DNA of 64,000 nt from Eledone cirrhosa (taxonomy: Eukaryota). The notes under the pieces are model-generated. The model was not told the DNA's origin and made no database searches. It saw only the letters and a list, made by a program, of their open reading frames with translations. Each line of letters opens with the position of its first letter. The first letter of the stretch is position 1. The stretch lies in contig OZ024740.1 of the NCBI GenBank assembly GCA_964016885.1, positions 11,222,001-11,286,000 of the forward strand, read 5' to 3'. Of this stretch, positions 1 to 12,500 are shown piece by piece. Position numbers and translations under genes: made by a program.

Positions 1-214
<214 letters not shown>

Positions 215-216
215 AA

Positions 217-1971
217 GCTTGGAAGTGTCTCTATGAAAGGCTTCTAAATGAGGAGAACAAATGGGAGAAAGACAGTCTCCCCCACATCGACCCAATAGAG
301 GGACCAGCAGTGTTAGTCCAGGGTAGTACAATAAGCAAGGCAATCAAAGATATGAAGACGGGTAAGGCGGCTGGTCCTTCGGAAATAGTTGCTGAGATGC
401 TGAAGGCATCTGGTTCGGTGGGACACACCATGGTCACCCGGATAGTTAACCAAGTCGTACAGAATGGGGTTGTTCCGAAGGACTGGCGTAGCAGCATCAT
501 CGTTAACTGCTATAAGGGAAAAGGAGATGCCCTAGATAGGAGTAACTATAGAGGCATTAAATTAATCGACCAGGTCATGAAGGTCACGGAAAAAGTAATA
601 GCGCAACTAATCAGAGAGAGAATTGATCTAGATGAAATGCAGTTCGGATTTGTGTCAGGCAAAAGTACCACAGACGCTCTTTTCATTGTATGACAACTAC
701 AGGAGAAGTACCTAGCTAAAAGTAAACCCCTATACTTAGCTTTCGTCGACTTGGAGAAAGCCTTCGACAGAGTCCCCCGTTCCATTATCTGGTGGTCTCT
801 TAGAAAACTAGGTGTTGACGAATGGCTTGTGAGAGCTATACAAGCCATGTATAAAGAAACAGTCAGTAAGGTTAGAATTAACAACGAATATAGTGAAGAG
901 TTTAGCGTAAAAGTTGGTGTCCATCAGGGCTCTGTTCTTAGCCCCCTACTATTTATTATTGCCCTTCAGGCTATAATAGAGGAGTTCAAGACCGGCTGCC
1001 CATGGGAACTCCTATACGCAGATGATCTAACGCTCATAGCTGAATCAATAACCGAACTAGAGAAGAAATTCCAAACATGGAAGCACGGCCTAGAATCAAA
1101 AGGCCTTAAAATTAACCTGGCTAAGACTAAAGTTCTAGTTTGTAGGAAAGAAAATATGGCGGCAGTCCCATCGGGGAAATGGCCATGCTCAGTGTGTAGG
1201 AAAGGCGTAGGTAGAAACTCCATTTTATGTCCCAAATGCAAAGTATGGGTGCATAAAAGATGTAGTGGGATCACAGGCAAGCTAACTAAGAACATAGATT
1301 TTACATGCGGCCGGTGCTCTGGTGCAATAAGTAGCAGCAAGTGCCCACAAAATACTAGCTCCTTCAACTGCGCAGAGGGTTCTATAGAAATAGTGGACAG
1401 CTTCCGTTACCTGGGTGACAAAATCAGCAGTGGGGGAGGGTGCTCTGAAAGTACAGTAGCTAGAGTCAGAACTGGATGGAAAAAGTTCAGAGAGCTTATA
1501 CCACTATTAGCCGCTAGAGGGTTCTCCCTAAAAATGAAAGGCAGGTTATACGATGCCTGCATACGAACAGCAATGCTGCATGGCAGTGAGACCAGGGCAT
1601 TGTGTGCAGAGGATATACGCAGACTAGAGAGGAACGAAGCTTGCATGCTCCGCTGGATGTGCAATAGTAATATACGTGAACGGCAAAGCATAAACAAACT
1701 AAGGAAAAAATTAGAAATAAGAGGGATCAGATGTTATTTACTCGAGAGAAGGCTACGTTGGTACGGTCACGTGATGCGCATGAAAGACGACAGCTGTATA
1801 ACAAAGTGCAGGGCAATAAAGATAGACGGTAGCCACGGAGTAGGCAGACCCAGAAAAACATGGGACGAGCTGATAAATTCCGACCTCACACGCTTACACC
1901 TCTCCAAGACAATGTCACTGGACCAAGACCTTTGGCGGTACTCAGTAATAGAGAAGACCTGCCTTACCTAA
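217..1971 (+). pseudogene. RTE ORF (RT with inserted PHD finger); in-frame TGA at 691-693
   Basis: ORFs 310-693 and 751-1971 are in one frame, separated by TGA in LFIV*QLQE where family B has LFLVRQMQE (probable CGA>TGA). Confidence 0.88.
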
Positions 1972-2138
1972 ATACAAAGTAAAAACCTACTACAGTCAGT
2001 AGGCATCTCTATCAAAACACCCCCCGTCCCACCACCTCCACCCCATCCACACCGCCCCTTTCAATGTACAGTTATGTTGGTCCCACAACATCCAGGCCGA
2101 AACAAATGAGATCGTGTAGGTGTCACGACAAAAAACAC

Positions 2139-2370
2139 ACAGTCCACGCTGTAAATGTGGCCGTGTAGGCAACACGGTAAAAACCTCCCAGCCCCACACT
2201 GTAAATGTGGTTGGTGTTAGGAAGGGCATCCAGCTGTAGAAAACCCGCCAGACAGTCCACGCTGTAATGTGGCCGTGTAGGCAACACGGTAAAAACCTCC
2301 CAGCCCCACACTGTAAATGTGGTTGGTGTTAGGAAGGGCATCCAACTGTAGAAAACCCGCCAGACAGTCC
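2139..2370 (+). repeat. 112-113 bp tandem duplication in the RTE 3' UTR
   Basis: Two near-identical units bounded by ACAGTCC at 2139, 2252 and 2364. The sister copy (2587-4155) has one unit. Confidence 0.9.
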
Positions 2371-2471
2371 TATGCGAGCAAGACAACCACTCTTGCCTCA
2401 AGTGGGAAAACCCCCGTCCAAACCCATGCAAGCGTGGAACACGGACGCTAAACCTGATGATGATGATGATG

Positions 2472-4155
<1,684 letters not shown>

Positions 4156-4176
4156 ATATATATATATATGTATATC

Positions 4177-4208
<32 letters not shown>

Positions 4209-4304
4209 TATAACGAAGGAAATGTGGTAAGGAACCAGGTGGACCATAACGCACCAAAGTACTCAATACTTGAGGTAGTAGAGTGGGTAATAGGAACCAG
4301 TAAG

Positions 4305-4398
4305 ACCCCGACAGCTGAGCTCAAGCCGTTTCGACGGCTAATTCTGGACTAAATGAAAATTTATCCTGGTATTTAAATAGCCGATCTTCTCAAGGGGT
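4305..4398 (-). ncRNA. Type-I hammerhead ribozyme, U3:A8 core variant (inverted pLTR copy)
   Basis: Reverse complement of 6800-6893. Confidence 0.75.
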
Positions 4399-5033
4399 AA
4401 TTCCATATATGGTCAAAGTGATTGTCAAAAATCAGTAGTAATTCTGTGGTTGCAAATTAGTAGGGGAGATGGTGGCTAAACCTGCCAGTAGGAGAAAGAG
4501 GGGAGGGGGTGGAGTAGACCCAATCAAGCGTTGGTAGTGCCAGCTACAGCTGGGCATGAGGTCAAAGAAGATACAGGGGAGGGGGAGGGGGAGGAAGTCG
4601 GAACGGTAGGTAGAACAATGGGGGGTAGAAATATATAGGAAAGAAAAGAAAAAATACTGAGAGTGAAGAAAAGCAAATAAGTGTAAAGAAAAAAGTAAAG
4701 TAAATTAAATTCTACGACCTAGGTCTCAGGCTATTGTAAGGCTAGAATAAAATAAAGAAAGAAAGAAAGAAGTTAAGAAATAAATAAATAAAGAAATAAC
4801 GAAATAAGTAAAAGAACTAGGTGGGACGAAATAGGCAAGGACCCTTTTAAGAGGTATAAGTACGTAAATGATACGGTGACGGGTCAACAAAAGGGGCCAA
4901 AATACTAAAGAGACTACCACGAAATAAACAATAAAGGTTTCCATCCCGGGCCAGCAACGACCCAGTGCAGCAAAGTGAACTTGTACGAGATAATAATTCT
5001 GAGTCCCGAGAAAAATATATACTAATGCTAACT

Positions 5034-5699
5034 CTATTCTTTAGGCTCATTGAAAAACACTTCCCATTACAACACTGCTACCACAACATAATTAACAAAA
5101 ATACCATCAAACTCTCTTACAGCACTACACCAAACTTCGCACAAAACATTGTCTCCTCTAACAACAAAAAATTCAACCCCGATGGCAGAAATAACCTAAA
5201 TAGCAGTGGAGAACCGGCCAGGAGGTGTAACTGCCCGGATAGATCTATTTGCCCACTCGACAATAGATGCAGAGACCGTAATGTGATCTACCAGTGCAAC
5301 GTGAGGACGGATACCTCCAACAAAGCCTATATAGGACTTACCGCATGTGACTTCAAGACCCGGCTATACCAACATAGACATACCTTCCGAAACCCGGCCC
5401 GGCGTCACGCCACTACACTTTCGGGCCACATATGGTACCTCAAGGACAACAACATCATCTATGATCTCACTTGGAGGTTACTGTCCAGAGCCAATTCTTA
5501 CACGGGAGGACGCCGTCCGTGCAATTTATGCTCAGAGGAAACTTTACAAATGCTGTTTTCGACGGACCAACTCCTAAACAAGAAAGATGAACTGGTCACT
5601 GCATGTAAACATAGATTGCGTAGGACTTACCTCGCCCTCAAACCCCATAATGACCCGGGGGGGGGGGGGGGGGGGGGGGGGGGTAGACTACGGCTATAA
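5034..5699 (+). pseudogene. Partial tandem copy of the PLE C-terminus (Cys linker + GIY-YIG endonuclease)
   Basis: Nearly identical to 8600-9238. The terminal G-run is about 28 G here versus 8 G at 9223-9230, which changes the C-terminus. Confidence 0.88.
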
Positions 5700-6799
5700 C
5701 ACCCCACTTGCCGATTTTGCAATGGGTAACCCCTGCTTGCCAAGGAAGACGTAAGATCCTCTTTGTATTCTTTTATCGCTTCCTTTATTTCCTTCCCCCC
5801 TCTCTCCTTAGTCCTTCTACCCCAGCTCTTCTCCTTTGTCGGCGTCTTTTCTCGCCCACCCGAGGCTGCCCTTTGGCCCCATGTAGCCTTAGTACCCCCA
5901 CCACCCCCTCCCCTAGTCTATGATAGATTTGGCGGACTCCGCCCTTTATAGCAGTTGGCTTAGACCCCGGATACTTGCCCCCTTTTTCCGACCGCTCCCA
6001 CTATTCTCTGTGCCCTCTATATTTCTTAGTGGCACTTATGCCTTATTTTTTCGTTTCAGTATTTCTTGCTTCGCTTTTCTTCTGGGCGGGGTGGATTCTG
6101 AATTTATTTCTCCGTATTCTACCTTTATTTCGTACGAACTTTCATGTAGCTTGTTTTAGATCTTTTAGAGTTAGCATTAGTATATATTTTTCTCGGGACT
6201 CAGAATTATTATCTCGTACAAGTTCACTTTGCTGCACTGGGTCGTTGCTGGCCCGGGATGGAAACCTTTATTGTTTATTTTGTGGTAGTCTCTTTAGTAT
6301 TTTGGCCCCTTTTGTTGACCCGTCACCGTATCATTTACGTACTTATACCTCTTAAAAGGGTCCTTGCCTATTCCGTCCCACCTAGTTCTTTTACTTATTT
6401 CGTTATTTCTTTATTTATTTATTTCTTTACTTCTTTCTTTCTTTATTTATTTTATTCTAGCCTTACAATAGCCTGAGACCTAGGTCGTAGAATTTAATTT
6501 ACTTTACTTTTTTCTTTACACTTATTTGCTTTTCTTCACTCTCAGTATTTTTTCTTTTCTTTCCTATATATTTCTACCCCCCATTGTTCTACCTACCGTT
6601 CCGACTTCCTCCCCCTCCCCTCTGTATCTTCTTTGACCTCATGCCCAGCTGTAGCTGGCACTACCAACGCTTGATTGGGTCTACTCCACCCCCTCCCCTC
6701 TTTCTCCTACTGGCAGGTTTAGCCACCATCTCCCCTACTAATTTGCAACCACAGAATTACTACTGATTTTTGACAATCACTTTGACCATATATGGAATT

Positions 6800-6893
6800 A
6801 CCCCTTGAGAAGATCGGCTATTTAAATACCAGGATAAATTTTCATTTAGTCCAGAATTAGCCGTCGAAACGGCTTGAGCTCAGCTGTCGGGGT
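6800..6893 (+). ncRNA. Type-I hammerhead ribozyme, U3:A8 core variant
   Basis: Stem I ACCCC/GGGGT; core UUGAGAA (6805-6811); stem II GA(T)CGGCTA/TAGCCGTC; GAAA (6866-6869); stem III ACGGCT/AGCTGT; GUC site with predicted cleavage after 6888. Confidence 0.78.
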
Positions 6894-7078
6894 CTTACTG
6901 GTTCCTATTACCCACTCTACTACCTCAAGTATTGAGTACTTTGGTGCGTTATGGTCCACCTGGTTCCTTACCACATTTCCTTCGTTATCTAGCTCCTACC
7001 CCCGTAGTAGAGCACTTTCCGACCCTACCACGCCGTATCCAGACTTTTCCGCTAAGCTCAATTCATTTCACCCGCACC

Positions 7079-9238
7079 ATGCGAAAACACAACATTGACT
7101 TCTCTACCAAGAACATCCCAATCCCACCGAAAAAACTTTACCTTCGGATGCTCACGCAAAAAATCGATCTATTTGCGAAAAGACTTAGATGGAGAACTTT
7201 TTTCTATGACAGATATTGCGACAACCAAGACTTCGGCACCAAGGAGAGATTCGGATTTATTACCTACAAATCTCCGCCCCTGAACCCCTTGCTCGCACCC
7301 TTCGAGAATGACCTCTTCCAACTGGTCAAGAACATTAAATTTAAACCCAGACACAACCGATTCCTACAAAAACTCCGTAGCAACCTAACAGAGTATGATA
7401 ACACAAATGACATCATGGTGCATTCGGATAAAACTGGGAACCTATACTTTGTCAACCCTGACAGATACCACACACTGATCAGGAGCAGCCTAAACTCCAC
7501 CTATAAAAAGGCCAACCACTCTTGCATCGAGGACATAAATCGAGATGGACAACAAATCACCTCCAGCCTCGGGGTCGCCGACCGCACGGAACCTCTAGAC
7601 CCACGGACACCATACTTCACACTGAAGGACCATAAATCCGATTTTGACCGTAAACCCTCTATCAGGCTTATTAACCCAACGAAGTCCGACATAGGGAGAA
7701 TCAGCAAAAAAATCCTAGACCGCGTGATACCAAAAGTCAAGCAACACACCCGACTTAGCCTATGGATCAACACCCAGGAAGTAATCTCCTGGTTCAGCAA
7801 TATGGAGGATAAACGAGAAACTAAATTCATACAGTTCGACATAGAGAGCTACTATGCTTCAATCACCTTACCGCTACTTACTGCCGCCTTGGACTTCGCC
7901 GAAACACTTGTGCCCATCACCGACCAGGAAAGAAAAATCATCCTCCACGCCAGGAAGACAGTCTTACTCTTTGACGACTCTAAATGGATAAAAAGAGCTC
8001 CCGACTCACCCTTCGACGTCAGCATGGGCGCCACGGATTCGGCGGAGGTCACAGATCTTATAGGATTATTCCTAATAGCCAAACTCACTGATATGTTTCC
8101 TGCATTCGGTGGTGGATTGTACCGTGATGATGGGCTCCTTACCCTTAAAGGGTACAACCCCAGTAGTACAGATCGGGTCCGGAAACAATTAATCAGATTC
8201 TTCCGCGACTGGGGATTTAAAATAACCCTACAAACGTACCTGACCCGAGTAAACTTCCTGGACGTGACCCTCGACCTCGAAAACGACCTGTACTACCCAT
8301 ACAGGAAACCTAATGACAATCTGCACTACATCCACCGCCGATCAAACCATCCTAGGAACATCACAAACAACCTGGTCAAAAACATCTCCCTCCGCATATC
8401 CCGTTTGTCAGCTAATGAGCGGATATTCGATGAACATGCGCCTTATTACAACCAGGCCCTCAAGCGGAGTGGTTTCCGGGAGGAAATATCCTACTGTCCA
8501 GCTCCCATTAGCGGAACCAGCAGGAGACACCGCCGCTCACGCAATGTAACATGGTTCAATCCTCCCCACAACGCAGAGGTGACAACTCCCATCGGGAAAC
8601 TATTCTTTAGGCTCATTGAAAAACACTTCCCATTACAACACCGCTACCACAACATAATTAACAAAAATACCATCAAACTCTCTTACAGCACTACACCAAA
8701 CTTCGCACAAAACATCGTCTCCTCTAACAACAAAAAACTCAACCCCGATGGCAAAAATAACCTAAATAGTAGTGGAGAACCGACCAGGAGGTGTAACTGC
8801 CCGGATAGATCTATTTGCCCACTCGACAATAGATGCAGAGACCGTAATGTGATCTACCAGTGCAACGTGAGGACGGATACCTCCAACAAAGCCTATATAG
8901 GACTTACCGCATGTGACTTCAAGACCCGGCTATACCAACATAGACATACCTTCCAAAACCCGGCCCGGCGTCACGCCACTACACTTTCGGGCCACATATG
9001 GGACCTCAAGGACAACAACATCACCTATGATCTCACTTGGAGATTACTGTCCAGAGCCAATTCTTACACGGGAGGACGCCGTCCGTGCAATTTATGCTCG
9101 GAGGAAACTTTACAAATGCTGTTTTCGACGGACCAACTCCTAAACAAGAAAGATGAACTGGTCACTGCATGTAAACATAGATTGCGTAGGACTTACCTCG
9201 CCCTCAAACCCCATAATGACCCGGGGGGGGTAGACTAG
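7079..9238 (+). CDS. PLE polyprotein: reverse transcriptase + C-terminal GIY-YIG endonuclease (about 719 aa, intact)
   Basis: ATG at 7079 (the track's 6932 start is a non-ATG extension). RT motifs FIQFDIESYY, SMGATDS, GLYRDDGL, VNFLDVTL. CxC-x5-C-x5-C linker (CNCPDRSICPLDNRC), VIY..AYIG, downstream CNLC; this layout matches Hydra-clade PLEs. Confidence 0.9.
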   Translation: MRKHNIDFSTKNIPIPPKKLYLRMLTQKIDLFAKRLRWRTFFYDRYCDNQDFGTKERFGFITYKSPPLNPLLAPFENDLFQLVKNIKFKPRHNRFLQKLRSNLTEYDNTNDIMVHSDKTGNLYFVNPDRYHTLIRSSLNSTYKKANHSCIEDINRDGQQITSSLGVADRTEPLDPRTPYFTLKDHKSDFDRKPSIRLINPTKSDIGRISKKILDRVIPKVKQHTRLSLWINTQEVISWFSNMEDKRETKFIQFDIESYYASITLPLLTAALDFAETLVPITDQERKIILHARKTVLLFDDSKWIKRAPDSPFDVSMGATDSAEVTDLIGLFLIAKLTDMFPAFGGGLYRDDGLLTLKGYNPSSTDRVRKQLIRFFRDWGFKITLQTYLTRVNFLDVTLDLENDLYYPYRKPNDNLHYIHRRSNHPRNITNNLVKNISLRISRLSANERIFDEHAPYYNQALKRSGFREEISYCPAPISGTSRRHRRSRNVTWFNPPHNAEVTTPIGKLFFRLIEKHFPLQHRYHNIINKNTIKLSYSTTPNFAQNIVSSNNKKLNPDGKNNLNSSGEPTRRCNCPDRSICPLDNRCRDRNVIYQCNVRTDTSNKAYIGLTACDFKTRLYQHRHTFQNPARRHATTLSGHIWDLKDNNITYDLTWRLLSRANSYTGGRRPCNLCSEETLQMLFSTDQLLNKKDELVTACKHRLRRTYLALKPHNDPGGVD

Positions 9239-9917
9239 GGCTATAACACCCCACTTGCCGATTTTGCAATGGGTAACCCCTGCTTGCCAAGGAAGACGTA
9301 AGATCCTCTTTGTATTCTTTTATCGCTTCCTTTATTTCCTTCCCCCCTCTCTCCTTAGTCCTTCTACCCCAGCTCTTCTCCTTTGTCGGCGTCTTTTCTC
9401 GCCCACCCGAGGCTGCCCTTTGGCCCCATGTAGCCTTAGTACCCCCACCACCCCCTCCCCTAGTCTATGATAGATTTGGCGGACTCCGCCCTTTATAGCA
9501 GTTGGCTTAGACCCCGGATACTTGCCCCCTTTTTATTTATTTCTTAACTTCTTTCTTTCTTTCTTTATTTTATTCTAGCCTTACAATAGCCTGAGACCTA
9601 GGTCGTAGAATTTAATTTACTTTACTTTTTTCTTTACACTTATTTGCTTTTCTTCACTCTCAGTATTTTTTCTTTTCTTTCCTATATATTTCTACCCCCC
9701 ATTGTTCTACCTACCGTTCCGACTTCCTCCCCCTCCCCTCTGTATCTTCTTTGACCTCATGCCCAGCTGTAGCTGGCACTACCAACGCTTGATTGGGTCT
9801 ACTCCACCCCCTCCCCTCTTTCTCCTACTGGCAGGTTTAGCCACCATCTCCTCTACTAATTTGCAACCACAGAATTACTACTGATTTTTGACAATCACTT
9901 TGACCATATATGGAATT

Positions 9918-10011
9918 ACCCCTTGAGAAGATCGGCTATTTAAATACCAGGATAAATTTTCATTTAGTCCAGAATTAGCCGTCGAAACGGCTTGAGCTCA
10001 GCTGTCGGGGT
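9918..10011 (+). ncRNA. Type-I hammerhead ribozyme, U3:A8 core variant (3' pLTR copy)
   Basis: Identical to 6800-6893 at offset 3118; predicted cleavage after 10006. Confidence 0.78.
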
Positions 10012-10057
10012 CTTACTGGTTCCTATATATATATATATGTATATATATATGTATATA

Positions 10058-10122
<65 letters not shown>

Positions 10123-10127
10123 GTATA

Positions 10128-10169
<42 letters not shown>

Positions 10170-10206
10170 GAAAGATTTGAATGGATACAGTTTAGTTGAA
10201 AGGAAT

Positions 10207-10323
10207 TTATTGACACGTGTTTCTATAACAGTTACATAACCTAAAACAGCTATCTACAAACTTTTAGTTATGCAGACATTCAATATTTCAATGTTATTAT
10301 TTACTGTCATTTCATCAGAATAA
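10207..10323 (-). ncRNA. Type-I hammerhead ribozyme with long stem II, in a TA-flanked island (about 10169-10381)
   Basis: Minus strand: TTATT-CTGATGA-aATGACAGT...ACTGTTATa-GAAA-CACGTG-TC-AATAA. Stem I 5 bp, palindromic stem III, GUC site. Confidence 0.8.
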
Positions 10324-10381
10324 TATTACTGAGGACCTATTTAGTTTTTATAGAGAATATTACAACACAACGGAAAATACT

Positions 10382-11071
<690 letters not shown>

Positions 11072-11292
11072 GGGAGCAGCATCTGTTAGGGCAAGACGTG
11101 TTTTCTTGGGCTCTGCTAGAGTCAGCAGCAACACACAACCACGTGTTGCTACACACACACAAGAGGAAAGAGAAAATTTAAAATTATGAGACCAATAGAG
11201 ATATGTACATTTATATATTTATATCTAGATATTGCTATTATCATTTACAGTCCCTCTGTGTTTAATGTATGTTCATTAGTATATGTGTTGTT

Positions 11293-11582
11293 ATTTCTGC
11301 TTGCATTTTGCATATATCTATATATATGCTTGCGTGGACCCCTCTCAAAAATTCGTTGGATTTTCTAATTGGATACCCTAACACTGGATACCAACACTGA
11401 ATACACCTGAACTTCTACCAGAAATCTTTCGTTGTCATTTCTGCTTGCATTTTACATATATAGATATATATATCAATGGTTGCGTGGACCCCTCTTAAAG
11501 ATTCGTTGGATTTTCTAATTGGATACCCCGAAACTGGATACCAATTACTGAATACACCTGAACTTCTACCAGGAAATCTTTC
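11293..11582 (+). repeat. About 144-bp degenerate tandem duplication
   Basis: ATTTCTGCTTGCATTTT...TTGCGTGGACCCCTCT...GAACTTCTACCAG occurs twice (starts 11293 and 11437). Confidence 0.85.
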
Positions 11583-11908
11583 ATATCAGTGAAAATTTTC
11601 TTTTCTTTGCTTCATATATATATATTATATATACTTGTCCGCCATTGCAAAAGGCCATCAATTCAAAATTTTGAAGAGAGAGGAAAAGAGAGAAGGGATC
11701 TATGAACTTGTAACATCTCACTGACCCCCCCCCCCGTCACCACACTAACAATAACGCCTACACTCGCTCCCCACCATCACCACATTACTCTAAGGTCGCT
11801 GTCCTGTCCCCTGTTGACATACTGCTGACTCTCTTTTGATGTATGTATGTGTATATACATATGTGTATGTGTGTGTATATGTATATCTCAGTGGATGCGA
11901 CCAGATTT

Positions 11909-12245
11909 CAACACAGCAACAACTACAACAACAACAGCAGCAACACCAACAACAACAACAACAACAGCAACAACACCATCGTCTGTGTTGAATGTGTGTG
12001 TATGTATTTGTATATATGCGACAGCAATAACAGCATCAACACCATTGTCTGCAGCAACAGCAGCAGTGAAATGAAGGACAACAACAACAGTAACAACTAC
12101 AATAACAACTACAGCACCAACAACTGTCACCACCATCACTGACCATCCACCACCACCACGCTGATACCATCCACCACCACCACACTGACACCATCCACCA
12201 CCGCCATTACCAGCGTAAACAAACAATTATTATTGTTATTGTTAT
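11909..12245. repeat. (CAA/CAG)n, (CCA)n and (TTA/TTG)n low-complexity sequence
   Basis: Direct reading. Confidence 0.85.
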
Positions 12246-12468
12246 TATATACAAGCCGAACTGGACTGGGAAAGGTCAACAGTTGACATGATAGTGATTT
12301 TGACGATTTTGACTTTGATTTTGATTTTGTATCAGTACTGTCGGTAATATATGTATATATATATATGTTTGTGAGTGGTGTGCGTGATTGTATGCATGAA
12401 TGAGTGTTGGTATGTGTGGTTGTGGTTTGTATGCATGAGTATTAGTGTGTGAGTCGTGTCAATAAATT

Positions 12469-12497
<29 letters not shown>

Positions 12498-12500
<3 letters not shown>

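Larger units (their letters stand above)
4210..10025 (+). mobile_element. Penelope-like element (Hydra-clade type): inverted pLTR + partial tandem copy + full unit
   Basis: 4210-5036 is the reverse complement of about 6167-6988. 5034-6990 repeats the EN domain, 3' UTR and pLTR. Full ORF 7079-9238, then a second pLTR ending GGTTCCTA into (TA)n. Both flanks are (TA)n. Confidence 0.93.

Noticed and set aside
4965-5036. N-terminal extension of the 244-aa ORF as a separate nuclease gene
   Set aside because: Chance read-through from the inverted pLTR into the truncated tandem copy; the start is non-ATG.
11090-11135. Possible HHR on the minus strand (CTGCTGA..GAAA..GTC)
   Set aside because: Core altered at A6, no stem I pairing, and stem II not adjacent to GAAA.
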